From Candidatus Hadarchaeales archaeon (lineage in GTDB: Archaea > Hadarchaeota > Hadarchaeia > Hadarchaeales > Hadarchaeaceae): a stretch of 32,000 nucleotides of DNA. The stretch is taken from positions 300,001 through 332,000 of the forward strand of contig JAWBCC010000001.1 in the NCBI GenBank assembly GCA_038823825.1, given 5' to 3'. This document shows positions 1 to 8,393 of this stretch, piece after piece (position 1 is the first letter of the stretch; each line of letters opens with the position of its first letter). The translations under genes and the position numbers were made by a program. The notes beneath the pieces are model-generated. The model saw nothing but the letters and a program-made list of their open reading frames with translations. It had not been told where the DNA came from and searched no databases.

Positions 1-68
1 TCAAAAACTTTTGGCAAGGTTATCTTTTTTGCGACCTTTCCATCAAGCGAATAAACATTTACTTCCAT
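1..68 (-). CDS. rpl4: 50S ribosomal protein uL4 (partial, 3' end beyond window edge)
   Basis: The minus-strand ATG at 68-66 opens a frame that runs to the window edge. The translation MEVNVYSLDGKVAKKITLPKVF resembles the conserved N-terminus of archaeal L4. It lies 7 nt downstream of the rpl3 stop, as in the archaeal L3-L4-L23-L2 operon. Confidence 0.75.
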   Translation of the reverse strand, partial: MEVNVYSLDGKVAKKITLPKVF

Positions 69-75
69 ACATTAC

Positions 76-1077
76 TCACCCCTGTTGAGACTTTAGACTT
101 ATGTAAGTGATAGTCGGTGTTCCGCTCGGGAACTTGGGTGGTCTAATCGCCTGTCGCAAAAGAAGCAGTCTCTTTGTTGTCCCTGGAACTGATCCACTAA
201 CCACTATGTAATCGGACCTTATTGGACCATACCTCAAAAAACCACCTTTCGGTGTTATTTCCTTCCCATTCGTTCCAATTTTTAGTATTCGTTTGTTTAA
301 CTCTGTTCTCTGGTGATATCCCATCTGTCCAGCCATTGGTACGGTCCACATGACCTTTGCTGGAGTCCAAGGACCGATTGATCCAACCTGTCTCCGCCCC
401 TTTCTGGTTTTTCTCGGAAGAATCTTTATGCCCCATCTCTTAACCGGTCCTTGGAATCCTTTTCCCTTTGTGATTCCTATAACATCAACAAACTCTCCCT
501 CATTAAAAATCTTTGAAACCTGAATTTCGGTGCCGAGAATCTTTTTGCAGTATTCCCACTTTTCTTCTAAAGATTTTCCACTAACTCCGGCTTCAACGAT
601 TTCCGGAGTTTTCTTAGGAACATTCCCCTTCCAAGGTTGTGTGCAGATAATGGCTCGAACATCAACAGCTTTTCCGCTTTTCACAAGCTCTTCGGCTTTA
701 TTAATCGCTTTTTCAAAGTCGTATTTCTTGATTTTAGGAATTTTTCGGAAAATTTGTTTTGGCAGGTCCTTGGCCCATACTTCATAAATCGCTTTCTTAC
801 CCCGTTCAGCCTTTGCATAGATGCGAACAGCACAAACGAAAACTGGCGGAGTCTCTAAAACAGTAACTGGCACAGATATCTCTTGCCCATATGTTAAGCT
901 TCCTTTTCTGTCATCAATTATGAAAACATGACTCATTCCTGCCTTGTACGCAGGAAACAACTGGAGCCTAACCTCTTCCGATATAGGATAAGTCTGTACT
1001 CTACCATAGGGTCTTTTAGCCCTGACTCGCGGCGAAAACGCCAAAGATCCTCTTCTTGGTCTACTCGTCTTTCCCAT
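76..1077 (-). CDS. rpl3: 50S ribosomal protein uL3
   Basis: 333-aa ORF. The motifs GKTSRPRRGSLAFSPRVRA, FQGPVKRWG and AGQMGYHQRTE are typical of archaeal/eukaryal L3. A GGAGGA SD lies 8 nt upstream of the ATG. Confidence 0.95.
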   Translation of the reverse strand: MGKTSRPRRGSLAFSPRVRAKRPYGRVQTYPISEEVRLQLFPAYKAGMSHVFIIDDRKGSLTYGQEISVPVTVLETPPVFVCAVRIYAKAERGKKAIYEVWAKDLPKQIFRKIPKIKKYDFEKAINKAEELVKSGKAVDVRAIICTQPWKGNVPKKTPEIVEAGVSGKSLEEKWEYCKKILGTEIQVSKIFNEGEFVDVIGITKGKGFQGPVKRWGIKILPRKTRKGRRQVGSIGPWTPAKVMWTVPMAGQMGYHQRTELNKRILKIGTNGKEITPKGGFLRYGPIRSDYIVVSGSVPGTTKRLLLLRQAIRPPKFPSGTPTITYISLKSQQG

Positions 1078-1126
1078 TTTTTTTGTCCTCCTTCTACTTC
1101 GCTACTTCATTCTTTAGTCAATCGTC

Positions 1127-1134
1127 AATATAAA
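1127..1134 (-). promoter_or_regulatory. Candidate TATA box of the rpl3 operon
   Basis: Minus-strand TTTATATT lies about 50 nt upstream of the rpl3 ATG. This would give a leader of about 23 nt containing the GGAGGA SD. Sequence-only prediction. Confidence 0.35.
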
Positions 1135-1144
1135 CTGTGGATAT

Positions 1145-2440
1145 TTAAAAAAGTAGAATCTCGGCAGAAATTACGGCCGATGTGGTAAATATGGCAAGAA
1201 GGCTGATGATGAACCCGTATTTGGTAAATTCTGAAAACGAGATCGGATATCCAGACTGGGTGAGTATTTCAGACCACATTATTCCAGCCAGCGAACCCGT
1301 GATCATGGTGCAAGGGCCAATGTCGCTGCCGGCTATTATGGCCAAAGCTACTCCCTTATTTTGAACGTTCAAACTTCTTGAGAAGAAAACAGCCATCGGA
1401 TGATTATTCATAAATCCAGACAACCAACTGGCTGCGAAGCACACTGCTACAATGGATATACTACTCATCCTAAAAATAGAAAAAATGGAGGAGAATCTTG
1501 CTGTCCAACCAGTGTATGCAAGGCCCTCCACAAGTACAAACAGTCCAATAAGATAGGGGGCAATTTTCCAAGGTACTCTAACTGCGATTTTTCTGAGGAG
1601 TTTCCTATAGCTAATGAAAAAGGCGAGCAAAATGGCGAAAATCAAAGAGATGCTCCAAGCCGGAAGTTTTGTTATGCTTTTCGGTAATCCAATTAGAGTT
1701 ATTGTCAGAAAAAGGCAAAGCAGACCGGCCCACATGGCTTTTCTATCTCTTATTATCTCGAGATTTTCTTCCATTTGAACTTCCAGACTCTCTGGTATCT
1801 GTTTTCTGAAGATTATCCAGAGGGCAATCGTACACACCAAAGTTGAAAGAAAGGAAGGAAGCAGCATAAATTTGGCAAATTCTACGAAATCTATACCAAC
1901 AAAATCTGCAACGATGATGTTTGTTGGGTTTCCGATATAAAGTGCCATTCCAGCGATGTTTGTACTAAAAAATTGAAGAAAGAGGAATGGTATTGGATTT
2001 ATTTTTGCATGTCGGCATATATGAAGTATCGTAAAAGTGAGAGTCAAAATGACGATGTCGTTATTTGTAGGCAAAGTAAGCAAAAAAGTTAGGATAAAGA
2101 TGTTTAGAAAGAGTTTTTTACCATTCCGCGCTGTTTTTAAAAATTTCAAAGCCACGTACTCAAAAAAACCGACGTATTCCAAGGTCAAACAAATGAAGGA
2201 GAGAGATAAAATTAGGATTATCACAGAAAACGGTCGGAGGTTATCTATCCCCATCATGCCTCGATGGAGGAGCATCCATCGTTCACCAGAAAAAATCAGC
2301 AAAATAAGAGCACATATCAAAGTTGCAATTCCGAAATCCAAATGAATTCTTTTCTTAGTGAACGGGATCCTCACATGCGGATGAGTTAGTGTCAGAATAA
2401 TTGCCAGAATGAAAAGAAAAAAAGCAAGAAAAGCAAGCAT
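1145..2440 (-). CDS. ArsB/NhaD (CitMHS-like) family anion/ion permease
   Basis: 431-aa polytopic membrane protein with about 10-12 hydrophobic helices. It has a YIGNPTNIIV motif and a central polar loop, as in the arsenical-pump / citrate-transporter-like permease superfamily. Confidence 0.7.
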   Translation of the reverse strand: MLAFLAFFLFILAIILTLTHPHVRIPFTKKRIHLDFGIATLICALILLIFSGERWMLLHRGMMGIDNLRPFSVIILILSLSFICLTLEYVGFFEYVALKFLKTARNGKKLFLNIFILTFLLTLPTNNDIVILTLTFTILHICRHAKINPIPFLFLQFFSTNIAGMALYIGNPTNIIVADFVGIDFVEFAKFMLLPSFLSTLVCTIALWIIFRKQIPESLEVQMEENLEIIRDRKAMWAGLLCLFLTITLIGLPKSITKLPAWSISLIFAILLAFFISYRKLLRKIAVRVPWKIAPYLIGLFVLVEGLAYTGWTARFSSIFSIFRMSSISIVAVCFAASWLSGFMNNHPMAVFFSRSLNVQNKGVALAIIAGSDIGPCTMITGSLAGIMWSEILTQSGYPISFSEFTKYGFIISLLAIFTTSAVISAEILLF

Positions 2441-2461
2441 AGAAAGATGGCACCTTTTTTG

Positions 2462-2851
2462 CTAATCAGCTCTTTTCACGAGGATCAAGGTACAAGGTAT
2501 GTGCTTGATGAGGTAGTCCGATATGCTTTCGGAGATTACTCCGAGAATACCTTTTTTCTGAATGGTTCCAGTCACTACTATGTCTGCCGAAACATTTTTC
2601 ACGAAAGAAACAATTGCGCTTTTCGCATCCGCCGACTCTACCAGTTCAAGTCTTGCTTTTATTCCTTCTTTCTCTAGAAGAGAAAGCACCCAAGCGAATT
2701 TCTCTTCTGCATCCTTTTTCTGAAGTTCTGTTAAAATTCTGACTACATGCAAAACTATTACTTCAGTTTCTTTCCCACAAAGTTTTGCTGCAACTTTAAT
2801 CACTTCTTCTGGTGTAGCTTCGGTTACACAGATTACCATCCGGCGGTACAT
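2462..2851 (-). CDS. Universal stress protein (UspA) family
   Basis: 129 aa. The N-terminal beta strand (RMVICVTE) and the C-terminal VVTGTIQKKGILGVISESISDYLIKHIPCTLILVK are typical of the Usp ATP-binding fold. Confidence 0.8.
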   Translation of the reverse strand: MYRRMVICVTEATPEEVIKVAAKLCGKETEVIVLHVVRILTELQKKDAEEKFAWVLSLLEKEGIKARLELVESADAKSAIVSFVKNVSADIVVTGTIQKKGILGVISESISDYLIKHIPCTLILVKRAD

Positions 2852-2933
2852 TCAACCTCTCTTAGACTTTTCCAGCAACGTTTAAAAATTCAAGTGTATA
2901 CAAAAGATTTTTATACTGATTTGATAATGCGAA

Positions 2934-4013
2934 ATGATTAAAATGAAGCTCTTCACTGTTGGACCAGTTGCTTGCAGACCAGAGGTCCTGAAAGAAATGA
3001 GTATTCAGATGTTCAGTCATCGCAGTGCCGAATATGTTGAGCTTCATAATGATACAGTCCATCGTTTGCAGAAATTCTTGGAAACAAAAAATCAGGTTTT
3101 CCTCCTTCCATCTTCCAGCACGGGAATGATGGAAGCTTCAGTAAGAAACTGCGTTAAGAAAAAGGTCCTCTGCTGCATCTGCGGAGAGTTTGGAAGAAGA
3201 TTCGCGCAGGTGGCAAAAGCCAATGGAAAAGAGGTAGTTGAATTAGAAGTACCACTCGGCGAAGCTGTGACCCCAGAACTTTTAGAAGAAGCACTGAGAA
3301 AAAATCCGGATGTCGAAGCAGTCACGATAATATACTCCGAAACCAGCACCGGTGTGCTTAATCCGCTTCCAGAGCTCACAAAGGTTGCGAAAGAACATGG
3401 AAAACTTACGCTCGTTGATGCTGTGAGCGCGATGGGTGGCGTGGAGCTCAAAATAGATGAGTGGGAGATCGACGTCTGTTTTGCGGGCTCGCAGAAATGT
3501 TTTGGAATCCCTCCTGGGCTCACCGTTGCCTCTGTGAGCCAATTGGCCTTAGAGATTTCTGAGAAAATGGAAAATAAGGGATGGTATTTTGATTTCAAGT
3601 TATACGAGAAATATCAGCAAAGGGGAAACACACCGACTACTCCGCCAATTCCCCAGATCGCTGCTCTCAGAAAGGAACTAGAAATAATAGAAAAGGAAGG
3701 CGGAAAGACTGCCCGTTTAGAACTCTATAGGAAAAGGTTCGAAAAAATAGTGAAGGGTGTCAAAGATCTGGGACTCTCTCTCTTTCCAAAACCTGGTTTT
3801 GAAAGTCCAACGGTAGTTTGCGTAAACGCTCCAGCCGGCATGACCGGGCACGATGTTTACAACAGAATGAGAGAGAGGGGTTTCGAGCTTGCGAAGGGAT
3901 ACCGTCAACTAGGCGAAAGGACATTTAGAATCGGAAACATGGGTTACATAACTTTTGATGACATAGAAGAAATGCTGAAAGCTTTAGCCGAAGTAATCGG
4001 TGCAAGGAGATAA
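2934..4013 (+). CDS. PLP-dependent class V aminotransferase (serine-pyruvate / phosphoserine / AGXT-like)
   Basis: 359 aa. The start FTVGP, then SETSTGV, LVDAVSAMGG and the PLP-lysine motif GSQKCFGIPPGL are typical of class V aminotransferases. Substrate cannot be determined from sequence. Confidence 0.85.
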   Translation: MIKMKLFTVGPVACRPEVLKEMSIQMFSHRSAEYVELHNDTVHRLQKFLETKNQVFLLPSSSTGMMEASVRNCVKKKVLCCICGEFGRRFAQVAKANGKEVVELEVPLGEAVTPELLEEALRKNPDVEAVTIIYSETSTGVLNPLPELTKVAKEHGKLTLVDAVSAMGGVELKIDEWEIDVCFAGSQKCFGIPPGLTVASVSQLALEISEKMENKGWYFDFKLYEKYQQRGNTPTTPPIPQIAALRKELEIIEKEGGKTARLELYRKRFEKIVKGVKDLGLSLFPKPGFESPTVVCVNAPAGMTGHDVYNRMRERGFELAKGYRQLGERTFRIGNMGYITFDDIEEMLKALAEVIGARR

Positions 4014-4054
4014 CGAAAGTTATTAAACATTTGTTTAGGAAATTTTTAGGTAGC

Positions 4055-4975
4055 ATGGGTCTCACTCCGACTAAGTACATTTGGATGGATGGAAAATTCG
4101 TTAAATGGAAAGATGCCAAGGTACATGTTCTCACTCACACTCTCCACTATGGTTTAGGGGTTTTCGAAGGAATAAGATGTTATAACACTCCTAAAGGTCC
4201 GGCGATTTTTAGACTTCGGGACCACATGAAAAGATTCCTGAAATCGGCAAAAACTGTTGAGATGAAAATTCCGTATAATCTAAATGAGCTCTGTGAAGCT
4301 GTTAGAGAAACCGTGAAGATGAACAAAATCAAGGAGTGTTACATCAGACCGATAGCTTTCTACGGATACGGAGTTATGGGTTTGAATCCAAGCGGTGCTC
4401 CGGTAAACGTGGCTGTTGCCGTCTGGCCATGGGGAACGTATCTTGGCGAGGAAGGTCTACAAAAAGGCGTGCGCGTCAAGATATCCAAATGGCGCAGGAT
4501 TTCTCCAATGATTCTCCCACCTCAGGCGAAAATAGTTGCAAATTATGCGAATTCGATACTGGCAAAGTTAGACGCGTTGAAGTCAGGATTTGATGAAGCA
4601 ATTCTTCTCAACATAGACGGATACATTGCCGAAGGGCCTGGAGAAAATGTTTTCATAGTGAAAGATGGGCGACTGTTCACACCACCTCTCGATGTAGGAG
4701 CTCTAGAAGGAATAACAAGGGATTCTGTGATAAAAATAGCGAGAGACGAGGGATTAGAAGTGATGGAGAAAAATCTCAGAATAGAGGACCTGTACTCTGC
4801 TGATGAAGCTTTCTTTACCGGAACTGCTGCGGAAGTTACACCAATTGCGGAGGTTGATGGTAGGAAGATAGGTTCCGGAACGAGGGGTCCGATAACAGAA
4901 AGGCTTCAGGATATTTATTTCAGGACAGTCCGGGGTCTGGTAAAACGCTACTTGAAATGGCTTGATTTTGTTTAG
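4055..4975 (+). CDS. ilvE: Branched-chain amino acid aminotransferase
   Basis: Motifs YIWMDGKFVKWKDAKVHVLTHTLHYGLGVFEGIRCY, EGPGENVF, LEGITRDS and FFTGTAAEVTPI match class IV aminotransferase. The ORF-track start at 4031 is TTG; the ATG at 4055 gives the canonical N-terminus. Confidence 0.92.
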   Translation: MGLTPTKYIWMDGKFVKWKDAKVHVLTHTLHYGLGVFEGIRCYNTPKGPAIFRLRDHMKRFLKSAKTVEMKIPYNLNELCEAVRETVKMNKIKECYIRPIAFYGYGVMGLNPSGAPVNVAVAVWPWGTYLGEEGLQKGVRVKISKWRRISPMILPPQAKIVANYANSILAKLDALKSGFDEAILLNIDGYIAEGPGENVFIVKDGRLFTPPLDVGALEGITRDSVIKIARDEGLEVMEKNLRIEDLYSADEAFFTGTAAEVTPIAEVDGRKIGSGTRGPITERLQDIYFRTVRGLVKRYLKWLDFV

Positions 4976-5715
4976 AAAGCCAGCAGGATCATTCTGATCC
5001 CAATCAAAATCATGACAGCAGCGAGTATTTTCTTCAAGATTTCTTGATGAATCCTTCCGGTCAGGCTAGACCCAATTATGGCTCCGATGGCACAACCTAT
5101 TCCTAGAGGTAGGGCAAAGTCTGTTCGAACGTTTCCTAAAATATGGTGTGGAACTACCGCGCCAATCGTGGTAAGCGACATGCCAAAAAGAGCCGTGCCA
5201 GCAGAAACCTTGATTGGCATGCCGAGTGCAAGAATCATAACAGCTTCGTCGATTATCCCACCACCAACCCCCACCATGCCAGAGACAAGACCGCTGATGA
5301 AGCTGCCGAATATACACACAACAACAATTTTTGCGGTTAAATTCAGACAATTGCTCTTATCGCTTTCTTTTCTCATGATTAATGCTGACATGATCAAAAC
5401 TATTGAACCGAAAAACAAAGCCAACAGATGTGACGGAAGAAAAAATGTGAGATATGCTCCAAGAGCAGCCCCCGGCACATCAAGGGTGTCTAGCAGTAAA
5501 CCAATTCGATAGTTTACTCGTTTATGTTTGGCATGGATTATTGTCGCTGAAATAGAGGCGATCATTATTCCAAATAAGCTAGTCCCTATAGCTTGCTTTA
5601 CCGGTAAGGAGAAAAGTAGAATTAGAGCTGGTGTGATAAACGCGCCTCCTCCAAGTCCGACCATTGAACAGACAGCAGAAACTGCCAAACCTAAAAGAAA
5701 GACGAAAAAGTTCAT
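4972..5715 (-). CDS. TauE/SafE (DUF81) family sulfite/anion exporter-like membrane protein
   Basis: 247 aa with about 7-8 TM helices. Duplicated glycine-rich helices (GLGGGAFITP and GVGGGIIDEA) are characteristic of TauE/DUF81. Its ATG overlaps the upstream gene's stop as TAATG. Confidence 0.8.
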   Translation of the reverse strand: MNFFVFLLGLAVSAVCSMVGLGGGAFITPALILLFSLPVKQAIGTSLFGIMIASISATIIHAKHKRVNYRIGLLLDTLDVPGAALGAYLTFFLPSHLLALFFGSIVLIMSALIMRKESDKSNCLNLTAKIVVVCIFGSFISGLVSGMVGVGGGIIDEAVMILALGMPIKVSAGTALFGMSLTTIGAVVPHHILGNVRTDFALPLGIGCAIGAIIGSSLTGRIHQEILKKILAAVMILIGIRMILLAF

Positions 5716-6353
5716 TACGATCCCAATTCTTCAACAGTTTGAATGATATCCCTAACAGCACATTCGATTATAACTTTTCCCAAGAGCAGGCTTGCCCGTA
5801 TCTCTTCCTCCTCAACTTCTCTTGCCATTTTTTCGACCCATGGATATTTTTTCCTAGCTTCCATTAATCCGACAAACCCCACCTCTGGAAATTTTCTAAA
5901 GTCAATGTGATCGCAAATTTTGCTCATGTCAGCAAATCCCAGCCAGAGGCCTGCACTGACTTCTCCGCTCCATGCATGAGGTCCTTCCAACTTCAGAAGA
6001 GAATCGCAAAATATTATGGTTAAATCAAGTTCTCTCTCCAGTTTTTGTAGTTCGGGTTTAAGCAAATTGTTTCCACCATGTCCGTTTACTATTATTACTG
6101 TGTCTACGTTGATTTCTTTGGCTTTACGTAAAACTTTCTTTAAGTCATTTAGAACAGTTTCTACTGATTGATGTTCCCCAGTTTCAATTTCAGGATACTC
6201 ACACGATGATGCAACAGAACCGATGAACATTGCCCCAACTCTTTTTGAGATTTCCCTAGCAACATGTGTGGCAAGTCTTAGGTCAGTATCCGGAGGCAAG
6301 ATTGCACCATGTTTTTCATTCACCGAGCCTAGCGCTAGAACGCCCAATTTCAT
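5715..6353 (-). CDS. arfB: Creatininase-family amidohydrolase, probably ArfB-type FAPy deformylase (riboflavin/F420 branch)
   Basis: 212 aa. Motifs LALGSVNEKHGAILPPDTD, IVNGHGGN and FPEVGFVGLMEAR fit the creatininase fold and, from memory, resemble archaeal ArfB. The fold assignment is firmer than the specific function. Confidence 0.6.
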   Translation of the reverse strand: MKLGVLALGSVNEKHGAILPPDTDLRLATHVAREISKRVGAMFIGSVASSCEYPEIETGEHQSVETVLNDLKKVLRKAKEINVDTVIIVNGHGGNNLLKPELQKLERELDLTIIFCDSLLKLEGPHAWSGEVSAGLWLGFADMSKICDHIDFRKFPEVGFVGLMEARKKYPWVEKMAREVEEEEIRASLLLGKVIIECAVRDIIQTVEELGS

Positions 6354-6405
6354 TCACTCTCACCCAGATAAGTTTAATGCACAACGGATATAGAATAATC
6401 TGATT

Positions 6406-7152
6406 ATGAAAATCCATATCGGGTGCTGTGGCTGGGCTGCAGGAAGGAAAAAATATTTCCAAACTTTCTCCACGGTAGAGCTTCAGTCCACATTCTATAA
6501 ACTTCCAAAGCCGGAAATGGCAGAGAAATTGGCCAATGAGGCTCCAAAAGACTTTATTTTCTGTTTGAAAGCTTGGCAGGCAATAACACACCCGATCACA
6601 AGTCCTACTTGGAAGCGTTCTGGAATTTCACCTGAGGAGCTCGAAAAGAGGGAATACGGTTTTCTCAGACCGACAAAAGATAACTTTGAAGCATGGAAGC
6701 TCACGATGGAGATATGCGAAAGACTTTCCGCAAGAATCTGTGTGATCCAGACTCCACCAAGTTTTGGTTTTTCAGAGGAGAACATGAAAAACATGAAGAG
6801 ATTTTTCGGTAAGGCCGAAAGAGGAAAAATCCTTCTGGCATGGGAACCACGCGGTACTTGGTCCGATCACCCCGATAAAATAAGAGAGATGTGCACGGAT
6901 CTAGATTTGATACATGTGGTGGATCCACTGCGCATGAAATCCTTACATTTCGGCTCCAAAAAGGTTGCATACTTCCGGCTTCATGGATTTGGAAAACCTT
7001 CAATCTATAATTACAAATACTCCGACGAAGAGCTTCGACGTATTCTAGAAGAAATAAAGAAAACCAACGCGAAAGAGGTTTTCTGCATGTTTAACAATGT
7101 CTACATGTTTGAAGACGCTAAGCGTTTAAAGGAAATGGTTGATAAAAAATGA
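6406..7152 (+). CDS. DUF72 (UPF0759, YecE-like) family protein
   Basis: 248 aa. The N-terminal IHIGCCGWAAGRKKYFQTFSTVELQSTFYKLP and the C-terminal AYFRLHG ... FCMFNN are the hallmark DUF72 motifs. Confidence 0.8.
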   Translation: MKIHIGCCGWAAGRKKYFQTFSTVELQSTFYKLPKPEMAEKLANEAPKDFIFCLKAWQAITHPITSPTWKRSGISPEELEKREYGFLRPTKDNFEAWKLTMEICERLSARICVIQTPPSFGFSEENMKNMKRFFGKAERGKILLAWEPRGTWSDHPDKIREMCTDLDLIHVVDPLRMKSLHFGSKKVAYFRLHGFGKPSIYNYKYSDEELRRILEEIKKTNAKEVFCMFNNVYMFEDAKRLKEMVDKK

Positions 7153-7823
7153 AACCTCGTGTTCTACAGATTCCAGGATCATTTTTCGGTTCAAATGTTT
7201 ACGTCATATTTGATGAAAAGACAGCGATAATTGACGCTGGGCTCCCGGAAGATTTTATGCGCATCTCGCGGACGATGGAGAAAAATGGTCTAAATCCGGC
7301 TGACTTGGATTTTATCATAAATACGCATTGTCATTTCGATCATACCGGCGGAGATTTCATGTTTGTTAGACTTTCCGGCTGTTTGGTTTTTGCTCACAAG
7401 AACGATAGCGATGTTATAGAAAGAGGAGACGATGTTATTTCCTGTGCAAAAATTTTCAGAAGCAAGCTTGTTCCAGTTCGCGTTGAAAAAAGACTTGTTG
7501 ACGGCGACGAAATTTGTTTGGGCAACTGGACGTTGAAGATTTTACACACTCCGGGACACACTGCCGGTAGTATATGCATTTTGTTACCAGAGGAAGGAAT
7601 TCTGTTCAGCGGAGATACAGTTTTTGCTGATGGATTTGGAAGAACGGATCTACCAACCGGAAATCCACATGATTTGGTAATGTCTCTTCGTCGCTTACTT
7701 TCAGAACCATTTAGTCTGATTTTTCCAGGCCACGGTGAAATATCCAAAGACGGAAAAGAGAGTATCAAACGGGCATTGGAGCTAGTGAGAAGATATGCAG
7801 AAACCGAGAGATATTTTGAATAA
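7149..7823 (+). CDS. MBL-fold metallo-hydrolase (glyoxalase II-like)
   Basis: 224 aa. It carries the HxHxDH motif (NTHCHFDHTGG), then HTPGHTAGS and a downstream D/H (GDTVFADGFGRTD, PGHG). Its start overlaps the DUF72 stop as ATGA. Confidence 0.88.
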   Translation: MKPRVLQIPGSFFGSNVYVIFDEKTAIIDAGLPEDFMRISRTMEKNGLNPADLDFIINTHCHFDHTGGDFMFVRLSGCLVFAHKNDSDVIERGDDVISCAKIFRSKLVPVRVEKRLVDGDEICLGNWTLKILHTPGHTAGSICILLPEEGILFSGDTVFADGFGRTDLPTGNPHDLVMSLRRLLSEPFSLIFPGHGEISKDGKESIKRALELVRRYAETERYFE

Positions 7824-8070
7824 GTTGAAGTGGCATGAAAGAAATCTGGAGAGGGCGAAAATAACTATTCTACACCGTGGAGCTGCAAATGATCAAAAGG
7901 TGATCTCCGGAGCTGAAATCATCTCTCTTTCTAGAGGCTACATGGTCGTGCAGAGCGCAGGAGGAGAATTAGAAATCCCATATCACAGAATTCTGCAGAT
8001 AGAAGTGGATGGAAAGATGATTTGGAGCAGAGAGTTTGTCAGAAAATCCAAGAAAAGTTCACGAATTTAA
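7795..8070 (+). CDS. DUF504 / UPF0248 (MJ1316-type domain) protein
   Basis: 91 aa. LNKLKWHE at the N-terminus and the IPYHRI motif near the C-terminus fit the small archaeal DUF504 family as I remember it. It overlaps the 3' end of the MBL gene by 29 nt. Confidence 0.6.
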   Translation: MQKPRDILNKLKWHERNLERAKITILHRGAANDQKVISGAEIISLSRGYMVVQSAGGELEIPYHRILQIEVDGKMIWSREFVRKSKKSSRI

Positions 8071-8129
8071 TTCATCTCAGTCCAGACTTCTTTGTGAGTA
8101 GACCTAACATTACGGATGTCATACGTGCG

Positions 8130-8393
8130 ATGTTTGCTTTAGGTTTCTCGCCAGAAGAAATATACGAGATTCTATCGATGGCCGGATTACCTTGGGAAGA
8201 CGCTCAACTTCTGATAGAGCGGCTAAAAAATGAGTCAGAGAAATTTGTCGGCCGGGAAGATAGACTGCTTAAGGCTGTTGAGGAAGTTGTAAGACAAAAC
8301 CATTCGGAGTTAATTGAGAAACTTTCGAGCATGGAGATGAAAATCGATTTTATTATCAGATCTCTGAGAAATAGAAAGGCTCGGGAGAAATGA
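8130..8393 (+). CDS. Hypothetical small alpha-helical protein
   Basis: 87 aa from the ATG at 8130; an in-frame GTG at 8094 is an alternative start. The composition looks helical or coiled-coil (EDRLLKAVEEVVRQNHSELIEKLSSMEMKIDFIIRSL). It is co-directional with the DUF72-MBL-DUF504 genes. I recognise no family. Confidence 0.5.
   Translation: MFALGFSPEEIYEILSMAGLPWEDAQLLIERLKNESEKFVGREDRLLKAVEEVVRQNHSELIEKLSSMEMKIDFIIRSLRNRKAREK

Noticed and set aside
3092-3598. 168-aa minus-strand ORF inside the class V aminotransferase gene
   Set aside because: It is a shadow ORF antisense to a gene with clear family motifs. The product is Ser/Thr/Pro-rich and low-complexity, with no start context. The same reasoning applies to 1400-1687, 5078-5512, 9509-9982, 15654-16118, 16487-17011, 24241-24741 and 28367-28954.
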